A stretch of DNA of 63,447 bases, the filler included, from Octopus bimaculoides (Eukaryota), in the NCBI RefSeq assembly GCF_001194135.2. It is 8 parts of 8 records of this genome, joined end to end, with 100 filler letters (N's around TTAATTAATTAA, not from the genome) between each part and the next. Parts side by side here need not be neighbours in the genome. Positions count along the whole stretch, not along the records: positions 1 to 31,056 come from NC_068996.1; 7 more parts are not named here. One strand, written 5' to 3'. How positions within the stretch are numbered: the stretch's first letter is position 1; every line of letters starts with the position of its first letter. Below are positions 12,346 through 24,859 of this stretch, one piece after another. The notes beneath the pieces are model-generated. The model was not told where the DNA came from. It saw only the letters and a list, made by a program, of their open reading frames with translations, and made no database searches. Both the position numbers and the translations under genes were made by a program.

Positions 12346-13116
12346 GTCGAGTGTGTGTGTGTGTGTGTGTGTGCGTGCGTGTGTGGCTTTTTATTTGTGT
12401 GACACAAACAGACACAAAATAGATTAACGGAATAAATATGATCAATTTAATTCTACACCCCACCACATCACCCTTAATATATTCGGAGCTTAAAGTCTCA
12501 ACAGAGGATGTGAAAGAGATCTTTTTCTTTTTTTGTTTTATCAAAGGGAATTTTTTTTTATCATCTTTTCACTTTCCATAGTTATTTTCTCGAATAATTA
12601 CCGAATTTGATTGCATATAAAGAACAGTTTTTCTCCACCAAAAAAAAAAAAAAAAAAAAAAAANNNNNNNNNNNNNNNNNNNNNNNNNNNNNNNNNNNNN
12701 NNNNNNNNNNNNNNNNNNNNNNNNNNNNNNNNNNNNNNNNNNNNNNNNNNNNNNNNNNNNNNNNNNNNNNNNNNNNNNNNNNNNNNNNNNNNNNNNNNNN
12801 NNNNNNNNNNNNNNNNNNNNNNNNNNNNNNNNNNNNNNNNNNNNNNNNNNNNNNNNNNNNNNNNNNNNNNNNNNNNNNNNNNNNNNNNNNNNNNNNNNNN
12901 NNNNNNNNNNNNNNNNNNNNNNNNNNNNNNNNNNNNNNNNNNNNNNNNNNNNNNNNNNNNNNNNNNNNNNNNNNNNNNNNNNNNNNNNNNNNNNNNNNNN
13001 NNNNNNNNNNNNNNNNNNNNNNNNNNNNNNNNNNNNNNNNNNNNNNNNNNNNNNNNNNNNNNNNNNNNNNNNNNNNNNNNNNNNNNNNNNNNNNGTGTGT
13101 GTGTGTGTGTGTGTGT

Positions 13117-13507
13117 GCAGGCGTGGCTGTGTGGTAAGAAATTTGCTTTCCAGTTACATGCTTCCGGGTTCAATTCCATGTGTGGCATCTTAGGCAAGTA
13201 TCTTCTGCTACAGCTTCGGGCCAATCATCAATGTGAGTGGATTTTGTAGACGGAGACTGAAAAAAGCCCATCGTGTGTGTGTGTGTGCGTGTGTGTGTGT
13301 GTGTCTGCCTTTGTGTTTGTCCGTCACCACTGCTTGACTACAGGCGTTGGTGCATTTACCTCCCCGTAACGTAGCGGTTCGGCAATAGAGTCTGTAAGAA
13401 TAAGTACCAGGCTAAAAAAAAAAGTCTTTTGTTCGATTAAAATCCTTCAAAGTGGTGCTCCATCATGGCCGCAGCCTAAGGACTGAAACAAGCAAAAGAT
13501 AAAGAAT
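13117..13507 (+). mobile_element. SINE family A, full length
   Basis: A-box-like TGGCTGTGTGG, B-box-like GGTTCAATTCC, internal (TG)n and 3' domain. Confidence 0.9.
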
Positions 13508-13804
13508 CATATTATTTTGTCATATCCTGTGTAAACTAAAGAAAGAAGCTTCACCTCGTTTTTATCTCTCTCTAAAAGAGAGTGCAATCTGAGAGGTCTC
13601 TGGTAATTCTTCGACTTTCATCAGAGAATGAAAATCTAAGACTCTTTTTATCCACAATGCAATTAATAGCTTTTAGCTTTTTCTGTAATGAAGGATAATT
13701 AAAATTTACATAAATTGGTCCGGCTAATTTCGGTAACAATTGATTAATTTCATTCACTTATTGCGCGCTACATGACTGTTTAGGGATTATTTTATATGCG
13801 TCTT

Positions 13805-14195
13805 TTAATCTTTTGCGTGTTTAGTCATCGGACGGCTGTCATGCTGGAGCATTGCATTGAAGAATTTTGATCGAACGAATCGATCTCAATACTCCTTTTT
13901 TTTAAAGCCTGGAACTTAGTCTATCGGTCTCTTTTGCCGAACCGCTAATTTGTTAAGCGGTGGTGAAGAACAAGCATAGATACAAAGATACACACACACA
14001 CACACACACACATACACACATACACACAATATGACGGGCTTCTTTCAGTTTCCGTCTATCATATCCGCTCACAAGGCTTTGGACTTCCCAGGGCTATAGC
14101 TGGAGAGACACATGCCCAAAGTGGCTCGCAGTGGGACTGAACCCTGAACCATGTGATTGGGAAGTAAACTTGTTATCATGCAAGCATGCTTGCGC
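13805..14195 (-). mobile_element. SINE family A, full length
   Basis: Reverse-complement match to the preceding copy. Confidence 0.9.
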
Positions 14196-14254
14196 ATATT
14201 TATTTCCTTAAATAAAAGTGTATATTTGAACACTAGTGGTTCGACAAAAGAGCG

Positions 14255-14576
14255 AATGTACATGGCTTAGTGGTTAGGGCATTCAGTTCACGATCATAAA
14301 GTCGTGGAGTTCGATTCCTGGCGGCGAGTTGTGTCCTCGAGCAAGACACTTTATTCCACGTTGCTTCACTCCACTCACCTGGCGGAAATGAGTTGTACCT
14401 GTATTTCAAAGAGCCATCCTTGTCACAGTCTGTGTCACGCTGAATTTCCCTGAGATCTATGTTAAGGGTACGCGCGTCTGTGGAATACTCAATCACTTGC
14501 CCGATAGTTTCACGAGCAGGTCGTTCCGTTGATCAGATCGACTTGAACATAAATCACCGTAACCGACGGAGTGCCA
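14255..14576 (+). mobile_element. Chimeric tRNA-derived SINE: different head and GTTGTGTCCT.GAGCAAGACACTT domain joined to the family C 3' half
   Basis: The 3' half (CCTTGTCACA..GTGTCACGCTGAAT..GACGGAGTGCCA) matches family C; the 5' half does not. Confidence 0.75.
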
Positions 14577-15263
14577 TTTATAGCTCATTCCATCTAGGTG
14601 TCAGTTTTTATTCTCCTCCCTCAAGAGACACCGATACAGCTGTTTTCCTCTTTCGGTCAGTTGCTGCCGAAATCTCGGCTTGGATTGTAGCTCCAGCTCT
14701 TTTACCCATTCATTTCAAGAGTTGTGCAGCTTGAGTCAGGCGTGCTGATTTGTCATTTAGAGCGAAAATAAGTGCTCCGATTTCGTCGCAATCCCAGCAA
14801 AATATTGCACGTCCATGATATAACTTCCACCAGTTACTTTGTTGGCGTCTTTATTCATGCAGTTGCCAGAGTTGTAGCTCGTGTTGTCGCTCTTGCAGAT
14901 AATTCCACTGTTTTTACTACTGCCACTGTTATTGTAGTTGCTGTTGTTGCTGCTACTCTTGATATCACTGTTTTTCGTTTTGTTGTTACTGTTATTGTGG
15001 CGTGTGTTGGTATTCTCGCTGGTAAAAGATTTTGCCTTTACTATTGTTACTGGTGTCGCTACTCTTGCTTTCGTGTTGTTCTCGTGCATGCCCTGTTTTC
15101 ACAGCCATCCTGAGCGGCTGTCATGTTAAGAACCAAAAGTCAGGAGAAATGTTAGTAGTTGTAAGAGTTGTTTTCCCGGCTGTCTCCTTGCTGAATCTGA
15201 TGGTGGGCGTTAACTGACATCATAATTAAAAAAAAGGAAGAGAAAAAATAAAATTTTATAAAT

Positions 15264-15449
15264 AGGCGCAGCATGATTGTGTGGTAAGAAGCATGCTTCC
15301 CAACCACAAGGTTCCGGGTTCAGACACACTGCGTGGCACCTTGGGCAAGTGTCTTCTACTATAGCTTCGGGCCAACTAAAGCCTTGTGAGTGGATTTGGT
15401 AGACGGAAACTGAAAGAAGCCCGTCGTGTGTGTGTATGTGTGTGTATAC

Positions 15450-15499
<50 letters not shown>

Positions 15500-15716
15500 G
15501 TGTGTGTGTGTGTGCCTGTGTTTGTTCCCCCACCATCGCTTGACAACAGATGTTGGTGTATTTACGCCCCCGTAAATTAGTGGTTCGGTAAAAAAAAAAG
15601 CCGATAGAATAAGTACTAAGCTTGCAAAGAAAAAAGTCCTGGGGTCGATTTATTCGACTAAAGGCGGTGCTCCAGCATGGCCGTAGTCAAATGAGTGAAA
15701 CAAAAGAATAAAAGAA
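15264..15716 (+). mobile_element. SINE family A, full length
   Basis: All modules present. Confidence 0.9.
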
Positions 15717-15799
15717 AAAATTGTGTCCATTAGCACACAACGTGACAATTCTCCATTATACACAGTATTGTAGGGGTCCTTATTCAAAATTTTAATTTA

Positions 15800-16320
15800 A
15801 ACCCACAATAGTGAGCAGCGTACGCTCTCCGGACTACTGTAAATATTCTGCTTAATACCACAGATTTGCTTGTCAGTTGTTTGACCTTAACCAGTTGAGC
15901 ATGTCCCTTGGTGGCTGACGATATGTGCATCTCTGATCACGAGCAGAAGTAGTGGGGGAGCATCATAGCCATGTGTCGAGAGGAATTCTTTGGGGTTTGG
16001 ATAATCCACCTCTGGAAACATGGATGTTTTGTTCATTATCCTTAAAACAAAACTTATTCAGGGACCTTTTGAGTGAGATGGGCTACTCGACCTGAAGAAA
16101 ATTCTCACAGGGCCACACCTGCAAGATCAAGCGTTATCTTGGTATGAGGTCACCATGTCGCGCACATATGGTTGTGATGCATGTGCCTGGTGTACCCTTA
16201 TCAGACAAATAGTCATGATGGGTATATTGGGCTTTGTATATTTGTACTCCAGTGTTACTTTGTTGGCTGCTCTCAAAATAGTTTCAAATGTTGACACAAG
16301 ACCAGCAATAATAATAATAA
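15800..16320 (+). mobile_element. Probable retroposon 3' UTR-derived repeat ending in (AAT)n
   Basis: GC/CpG-richer non-coding block ending CAATAATAATAATAA. I recall it as a high-copy octopus repeat; there is no second copy in this window. Confidence 0.4.
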
Positions 16321-16337
16321 TACTCTCTCTCTCTCTC

Positions 16338-16635
16338 TCTTTTAATTGTTTCAGTCATTTGATTGCGGCCATGCTGGAGCACCGCCTTTAGTCGAGAAAA
16401 TCGACCCCAGGACTTATTCTTTGTAAGCTTAGTACTTATTCGTATATATGTATACATACATATACATATATACGACGGGCTTCTTTCAGTTTCCTTCTAC
16501 CAAATCCACTCACAAGGCTTTGGTCGGCCCAAGGCTATAGTAGAAGACACTTGCCCAAGGTGCCACGAAGTAGGACTGACCCCAGAACCATGTGGTTGGT
16601 AAGCAAGCTACTTACCACACAGCCACTCCTGTGCC

Positions 16636-16636
<1 letters not shown>
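16338..16636 (-). mobile_element. SINE family A, internally deleted
   Basis: Head and terminal 3' domain present, middle missing. Confidence 0.9.
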
Positions 16637-16679
<43 letters not shown>

Positions 16680-16699
16680 TGATGATGATGATGATGATG

Positions 16700-17035
16700 A
16701 TAATAATACAAAATACAAAGACCTGGAAATAGAGGTAACTCGAATGTGGAATCTAAAAACAGAAACAATTCCTATAATAGTAGGTGCCTTAGGTATAATA
16801 AAAAAAATATTCAGACAAATACATAACAAAAACACCAGGACTTACAAATATATATAACATACAGAAAATTGCACTACTGGGCACTGCACGCATCCTACGC
16901 AAAACACTTTCAATACAGTAAACATAAGAGCACCACAGCAAACCACAGCACCTACCCACGGCACACAGAGCTGCGCTCGGTAGTGAAGTGAAAGCACGTT
17001 ATAAAAATAAAATTACTGAACAATAATAATAATGA
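16700..17035 (+). mobile_element. 5'-truncated Dong/R4-clade LINE 3' end inserted in (TAA)n
   Basis: KYKDLEIEVTRMWNLKTETIPIIVGALGIIKK..IQKIALLGTARILRKTLSIQ*, then a ~100 nt UTR; (TAA)n on both sides. Confidence 0.85.
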
Positions 17036-17076
<41 letters not shown>

Positions 17077-18461
17077 TAACAACAACAACAACAACAAATT
17101 TAGCACTACGCTTGAAAATCTGGGGAAGTTATATGGACTTAGTGCTGAAATGGCATTTTATTTTATCGACATCCGAAAGATGAAAGGCTAAATCAATCTC
17201 GGTAGCGTTTGAACTCAGAACGTAAAAAGACCAGAAGAAGCGTATCTGACACGTTAGTTATTCTTAACATATACCGGAAGTTACAAATTTGTGGAGGGTA
17301 GGTTTGAACGGTGAAGATAAATCTGCATTTTTTATTTTATCAAACACAGAAACACAGAAACATTAAAAAAAAAGAAGAAAAAAAAAAACTGAGAAACTTC
17401 GGTAAACTTAAAGCTGTTATTAAATACCGGAAGACATTTTGCTCCACCCTCTAATAATTAGATCCCGCCACCTTTTACAGTAAAACGATACTGATTTCTT
17501 CGGAATGCATAAGGAGGGCTTCATACAAGGAAGAAGGCCTTATTTAGTGGGGAGGGCCACATATCGAGAGGACGGTTTCATTTGTGGAGGAGGGCCTCAT
17601 TTCAGGAGGAGGGATTAACAGGTGATTATATCGTCCCTGATACGTGACTGGTACTTTTTTTAACCGAGCACGGAAGGATAAAAAAGTAACGATGCTTTCA
17701 GTCAGATTTGAACTCAGAGCGTAATTGAAAGCGGGATTAAAAAAAGACAGAAAGAAACGGCAATGCATTTTATCTGCCGATCTACATAATCTGGTTCAAG
17801 AGAGCAAAGGTCAAAAGTATGAATTAAGCAAACAGAAGGAATAACGCAGCAAAGACTTGACCTTTACGTGGTCTCCCAGCCTGCTAGAAATAGCAGCCAA
17901 GTTTCCCCTAATCTAGACTTTAGCGACTGAACTCTTGTAGCGGTCACACCTCATACAGTGATTTTGATTTAATGTAGTTTTTATTGAGTTAATAAAAAGC
18001 CGTGCCGAATGGCGAACTAAAATAAAATATTTACTCTTTGTTTCTAATACTCGCTGTAACGACAAATAAAATATTACTAAGTCTTCACCTATGCTAAAGT
18101 CATTAAGGACAATGATATTAATACGTCGGTAAGTGTTGCTATTTCCGGTAAATAATTCGCTATTTCTGTTAGTTGTTCACGAACTATGTACTGCAAGTTG
18201 TTAGATTATTCCTATTTACAAATGTGGTTGTTTTGATTACTCATGTGATGCATATGTACGTACTTACAAACGTACACACTAAAGACAAGAGCCTGCATGT
18301 ATGCACTCAAAGATAAATCCACAAAAGGACACGCGCACAAACTCACAGACGCACCAACACATTTACGTAAGTAAAGTATAACAAAACGTAAATATAACGG
18401 TAATATAATGAAATTAAATGAAAATGGAGCCTCAATGTCGAGATCCTTGTTACTTATTTGC

Positions 18462-18464
<3 letters not shown>

Positions 18465-18504
<40 letters not shown>

Positions 18505-18733
18505 GTCTGTCTGTCTGTCTGTCTGTGTGTGTATGTGTGTGTGTGCGCGTGTGTGTGTGCGTGTGAATAAATCCCCTAAATACGTTGATATTCGATCAGT
18601 GTGTATGTACTTGCATGCGCACTTGAATATGCGGATATCTACATCTGTGTGTTTATGAGAATTGTCTAGCAATATAGTTATTACGTTTTTACTGAATGCT
18701 TACAGTGTCTGTCTGTCTCTTCCTATTTGCAGG

Positions 18734-18810
<77 letters not shown>

Positions 18811-18925
18811 GTGTCTATGTCTATCTGTCTGTCGATTTGTCTTATCTGTCAGTCTCTCTATCTTTCTGTCTGTATATATATGTATGTAGTATGTGTGTGT
18901 GTGTGTGTGTGCGCGCGCGCGCGCA
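18465..18925. repeat. (TATC)n/(TGTC)n/(TG)n microsatellite blocks
   Basis: Direct inspection. Confidence 0.9.
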
Positions 18926-19019
18926 TACGTGTAGGTTCTTGAGGAAAGGGGTGTGCCAATAGCCTTTTCTAACTTGGCATGTAGGCGACAATAAGAAAGA
19001 CACGATCATGTTGAGAATT

Positions 19020-19320
19020 CAAATTTCGAGGAGTAAGGATTGCTTGGTGATCGGTTAATGCCGGATCTGAAGTAGGGATGAAGACAGTACGGTTACTGAG
19101 AAAAATGAGTGGGTGGGGTGCGTTTGGATGAGCATGACACGTGACAAAACAAACCGGAAGATTAGGAGTCGTGGTATAGCGGTACAACATGCAGAAAGAG
19201 AGGACAAAACGTGTATAGTCTAGAGTGTTGTAGTGTGTTGATGAGTAACCGGTATTCAAGTGCATTCTGGGATACCTGTGCGTGTAGGAGCAACACTATC
19301 AAAAATGTTGGAGAAGGCCT
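19020..19320 (+). mobile_element. Decayed RTE-clade LINE ORF C-terminal fragment
   Basis: VRLLRKMSG..RYNMQKERTKRV*SRVL*CVDE*PVFK resembles the RTE consensus MRMLRWMSG..MQERRLRWYGHVLR.DE. Confidence 0.45.
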
Positions 19321-20309
19321 GTCTATTGTAGATATATTTCTTTTGTTATTGTTGCTGCCATTGCGGTTATTTTGTTGACAGTGGCTGTAAGAAGAGAAAG
19401 AAGCAGGAAATTGCGGCTGTAGCTCCTGTTAAAACAGCCATAATTACTTTTGTTAACATGCATGCGCACACTTACAAATACACACAATAACACACGCACA
19501 TACAATACACACACACACACAGAAACACACACACACACACTCACACACAACATACACACATCTGTATTATAATAAAGAAAGATGTTTATTATTTAGTTGG
19601 AGTTATGTAACTTTTACTAAAATGAAGCAATCATAAAGTCTACAATGTCGCGAAGTTTCTTATAAATTACAATTTTAATATTGTTTTTTCATCAAAATAA
19701 GACTTTCAAGAGTTTTATTACTGAAGATTCAAGCACACACTTCAACCACAAACTTCATCTTTATTTACTGTGGCGTGTCTCTCACATTTTCTTTCAGCCT
19801 TTATTGCTCTTTTCAACTGCTTTCATTAAAAATAAGTGATTACAAAGTTGTTCTTTGAGATATTTTGAGAAGATTTGTCATTATTCTTAACCTATATCCA
19901 TTTATTATATCAAAATTACTTAGATTTTTATTTCGCTAGAGACTAAAGTGTTAAGCATGCTTATTTGACCAATGAAACTCTTGGTTATTTTCCATCTAAG
20001 ACAGCTCTGCACTCATTGTCTGATAATATACTGGTGTTTGTCTTTTTTCCTTTCTCCGATTCTCCTCTCTTCTCACTCACAGATTTCGTTCCATAACCCT
20101 TGCTCTGTCATATCATTTTTAGGCTTTTGTCTCTCCCCGCCGCACACGTCACTTTCAGTTACGCTTTTTTTTTGCAACACACACTCTCTCTCATTCTCTC
20201 TCTTATTGTCTGTTTGTCTCTTCCTCTCCATATATATATATATANNNNNNNNNNNNNNNNNNNNNNNNNNNNNNNNNNNNNNNNNNNNNNNNNNNNNNNN
20301 NNNNNNNNN

Positions 20310-20350
<41 letters not shown>

Positions 20351-20437
20351 GTCTACACACACGTACGCACACACAGACACACGCACACACACACACAGAC
20401 ACACGCACACACACACATACATGCATACATACATACA

Positions 20438-20468
<31 letters not shown>

Positions 20469-20859
20469 GTGTATGTATGTATAGGAAACAAAGAGAAGAT
20501 CGAGAGAAATGGTAATGCTAATGATCAAGATGATATAGGTGCTAATGAGGGATGTTGTTTATGGCTGTCTCCAACGTTTCCTTGGAAATGTTAAAAGTCA
20601 GTGCAATCGAAAGATGCGTAGCAACGATTAAGTTCCTCTGTCCTGAACGTTCTTCTCGACGCAAAGTAGAGTTGAGCAACTGCAGCAGTAATTTAATCAT
20701 GGCGACTAAAAGTTGGGATATTTCTCTATCGTTTTCATTGAACCAATGTTTGTGTTTGTTTGACTTAAAGACCAAATTATTGGCAACAATTGATGGAACA
20801 TTTGGTTTCAAGTCTATCCATTTGCTGGGGTTTCATTAAAATATATAGGTGTTTTTTTT

Positions 20860-21330
20860 TGTGTGTGTGTGTGTATGGTGTGAGTATGTTTGTGTGAATG
20901 AGTTTTGTGTTTGTGTGTGTATTTGTGTGTATGTGTTTGTGTGTGTATGTGTATGTGTGTGTGTGTATTTGTGTGTGTGTATGTGTATGGTGTGAGTGTG
21001 TTTGTGTGAATGTGTTTTGTGTTTGTGTGTTTGTGTGTGTGTATTTATGTGTAAGTGTGTGTGTATTTGTGTGTATGTGTGTGTGTATTTGTGTGTGTAT
21101 TTGTGTATGTGTGTGTATGGTGTGAGTGTGTTTGTGTGAATGTGTTTTGTGTTTCTGTTTGTGCATTTGTGTGTATGTGTGTGTGTATTTGTGTGCATGT
21201 GTGTGTGCATTTGTGTATGTGTGTGTATGGTGTGAACGTATTTTGTGTTTGTGTGCTTGTGTGTGTGTGTGTGTGTGTGTGCATTTGTGTCTGTGCGTGT
21301 GTGCGCATGCGTGTGTGTGTATGTGCATAA
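20860..21330. repeat. Higher-order minisatellite (about four 110-130 bp units) built from degenerate (TG)n
   Basis: The marker GTGTATGGTGTGA recurs at about 20872, 20983, 21113 and 21222. Confidence 0.8.
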
Positions 21331-21584
21331 ACCGGACTTCCATATAGTTTTCGTCTCCTAAATTAATTCACGAGGCATTGTAGTGGAAGATACTTGTCCA
21401 AGGTACCGCACAATGGGACTGAACGCGAAACCAGTGGCTGGGAAGCGTGTACCTTAGCCACACAGCCGTACCTTGACAGGTTGTTGCATCTCAGAGATGT
21501 TGTATAATAGAGTTACTATATTCTGGAATTCGCCAATCAAGACAGGCCACAAGTCACAAAAGGACTGAATATCATATCCCAATC

Positions 21585-21805
21585 TTTCTTATTTCTTTAT
21601 TGCCCACAAGGGGCTAAACAAGGATAGACAAAGGGATTAAGTCGATTACATCGACCCCAGTGCGCAACTGGTACTTATTTAATCGACCCCGAAAGGATGA
21701 AAGGCAAAGTCGACCTCAACGGAATTTGAACTCAGAACGTAAAGACAGATGAAATATTGCTAAGCATTTCGCCCGGCGTGCTAACGCTTCTGCCAGCTCG
21801 CTGCC
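21585..21805 (-). mobile_element. SINE family B, full length
   Basis: Head, core and tail intact. Confidence 0.9.
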
Positions 21806-21929
21806 AAGCTTTCTATTTTCCTTCTCTATAAATATATGTACTAACAAGGATAACGATTCATTTCCTTGACTTGCCATACAGTTTTAAAATGCGATTGTTC
21901 ACTATATATATATATATATCATTATTATT

Positions 21930-22372
21930 ATTATTATTGAGTTTGAAAAAGGGAGACCTAATGGGTACAGATGAATTCATCAATTGATTAACATCTTCGC
22001 CTACAGTTGTTTCATTTCTCATCCAGTTTAAACTGCAAACCATATACAAATATATAATCTTCTAAATCAAAATACCACGGGTGAAAAATCATCAGGGCAT
22101 GAAAAAGAACGATACAAGGATTACATTATGATCTGTTGGAATACTCTGATATACTAAGTATTCCAACAGATCATAATGTAATCCTTGTATCGTTCTTTTT
22201 CATGCCCTGATGATTTTTCACCCATGGTATTTTGAATTAGAAGATTATATATTCGTATATGGTTTGCAGTTTAAATTGGATGAGAAATGAAACAATTGTA
22301 GGCGAATATGTTAATTAATTAATGAATTCATTTGTATCCATTACATCTCTACGTTTTCAAACTGAATAATAA
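21930..22372. repeat. Long inverted repeat/foldback: ~215 bp arms, 11 nt loop (22146-22156)
   Basis: 22079-22145 is the exact reverse complement of 22157-22223; outer arms imperfect; TA-rich flanks. Confidence 0.95.
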
Positions 22373-22597
22373 TATTTGATATTTTATATATATATTCATC
22401 TAAGAAATATCTCTTCAAAATACAATATGTTAAACCTGTGTATATAAATATCCCTATAAGGGGCCTAAATATCCCCATGGTGACTATATATCTATGTACA
22501 TAGGCACATAGAAATATTTGAAAGGATGAACTACATACACATGCATATATATGTGCTTATGTATACACACACACAATGCATATAGAACGCACATACA

Positions 22598-23700
22598 TGC
22601 GAGGGTACATTCCAGAAGTTTGAGACTATTTTAGGGAGGCAGTAATAATCATCCTATATTATTGTAATTTTAATATATCATTACTATACATCTAATAAGC
22701 TGAATGGCCAACTATTGTTATTTAACAATGGAAGATTCGGCTGTAATAGCACTTCGAACATACCATGTTAAACACTGCTTTTACAACTGACAAGCAGTCG
22801 GAACGTGTGGAAGCTTACCGTGCAGTAAAATTTTGAGCTGAAAAAATTATAGGAAACTTACGAAATGCTCCAGACTGGTTATAAATTAACTTTTTTGCCC
22901 ACACAAGAGGTTCAGGGACAGTAGAGAGGAGGTGGGAGACAATGTGAGATTTGCAAGGGTAGAGACATAAGAACACACCGAGCTGGTTGAGAAAATTTGG
23001 CAATTTTCTGGATGAAGACTCTTGTGTGTCTATTAAGACAATAAGCATACAGTTTGGTGCTGGTGTGCCAACTGTACACAGAATTTCATTATTCATGAAG
23101 GGCGGCGGGCTGGCAGAATCGTTAGCACGCAGGGCGAAATGCTTAGCGGTATTTTATCTGCTGTTACGTTCTGAGTTCAAATTCCGCGACTTTGCCTTTC
23201 ATCCTTTCAGGGTCGATAAAATAAGTACCAGTTACGCACTGGGGCAGATGTAATGGACTGAATCCCTTTGTCTGTCCTTGTTTGTCCCCTCTATGTTTAG
23301 CCAATTGTGGGCAATAAAGAAAGAAGAATTATTCATGAAGACCTGAACATCCATACATACTCACAAAGCGCTTGGTAATGAGAATTCTGTTAACCATCTA
23401 CTTGACAGAAGTTACATGAAAACTATCTCTCACTTTCCTTACAGTCTAAATGTTTTTCCTTGTGACCTGTGGTTGTTCTCCAACTTCAGGGGCAGTTGTT
23501 TTGAAGACGAAATAGGTGTGACAATTGTCCTGACCACTTTCACTTTGGAGGACTTCAATTGAGCCTTCATGAAATAACTAGAGTGCTACAACCAGTGTAT
23601 TGAAATAAGGAGATCTTACTTTGAAGGAGAGTAGTTTAGTAGTTCTTTGAGATTAATGAATGTCTTCCGAAAATGTCTAAATCGGGAATCCATCTTGTGC
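22598..23700 (+). mobile_element. Internally deleted mariner remnant interrupted by a SINE
   Basis: TIR-like TGCGAGGGTACATTCCAGAAGTTTGAGACT; peptides FLDEDSCVSIKTISIQFG..IIHEDL and HFPYSLNVFPCDLWLF (YSPDL motif). Confidence 0.8.
23101..23327 (+). mobile_element. SINE family B, full length, with 13 bp TSD ATTATTCATGAAG
   Basis: TSD at 23088-23100 and 23328-23340. Confidence 0.95.
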
Positions 23701-23710
23701 ATATCCACAT

Positions 23711-23752
<42 letters not shown>

Positions 23753-24146
23753 GCACACTCACACACTCATATATTTATGTATTTTAGATGTATGTATATA
23801 TGTATACACACACNNNNNNNNNNNNNNNNNNNNNNNNNNNNNNNNNNNNNNNNNNNNNNNNNNNNNNNNNNNNNNNNNNNNNNNNNNNNNNNNNNNNNNN
23901 NNNNNNNNNNNNNNNNNNNNNNNNNNNNNNNNNNNNNNNNNNNNNNNNNNNNNNNNNNNNNNNNNNNNNNNNNNNNNNNNNNNNNNNNNNNNNNNNNNNN
24001 NNNNNNNNNNNNNNNNNNNNNNNNNNNNNNNNNNNNNNNNNNNNNNNNNNNNNNNNNNNNNNNNNNNNNNNNNNNNNNNNNNNNNNNNNNNNNNNNNNNN
24101 NNNNNNNNNNNNNNNNNNNNNNNNNNNNNNNNNNNNNNNNNNNNNN

Positions 24147-24183
<37 letters not shown>

Positions 24184-24859
24184 CATACATATGTATCGGT
24201 ATGTACATGCATGCATACATACATTTAAGCACATACGCATACATATATGCATACATGCATGCATACATACATACATACATACATATGCTCTCAAGACAGA
24301 TGCGAATGTCATAACATATGCTGCTTTGGGAAAATATGTACAAATCTTACAAGGCGACTAAAAATACATCCCAAGAGAATTGCAGTATTAAATCCGAATT
24401 AATAAGCAACAGAAAGATATTGTTTACAAATGAAACTAACACACCTTTGTGTAAGACTGTCAAATGGCAAAAAAATGACGAACTGCGCCAGAAAACATGG
24501 TATGACTGGCTTCAGTGTGTGCGACGTTGTGTATATAAATGTGCACGCGCATATGATGCTGTGTATTTGTATGAGCATGCGTGTACGTGTGTTTGTGGGG
24601 GTTGTGTGTGTGTGTGTGTGTGTTAGTATTTTTAAGGATTTCGTCAGAAAGCGTAGTAATAGGTGCCAGTGATATTTGGAGGTCCTTTTAGATATATGTA
24701 CGACTGATATGGTTTAAGATTTGTTAGTACGTTGGTAAGTTGATGTCTACAGGAGATATCTGACTATGAAGAACTGCATTTCAGGAGGTTGAAATTCTGG
24801 GAAGAAGGATTGGTTCAAATGGCTGCTACGAGTATTGGGGGTACGTCACATGAATGACA

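Noticed and set aside
14757-15200. Asn/Ser-rich 110 aa ORF and nearby AGKTT Walker-A-like stretch
   Set aside because: Degenerate triplet low-complexity sequence; the P-loop lacks the upstream G/A and is followed by a stop.
20552-20839. 95 aa ORF in unique sequence
   Set aside because: No recognisable domain or splice context; length within chance expectation. It could still be a non-coding conserved element.
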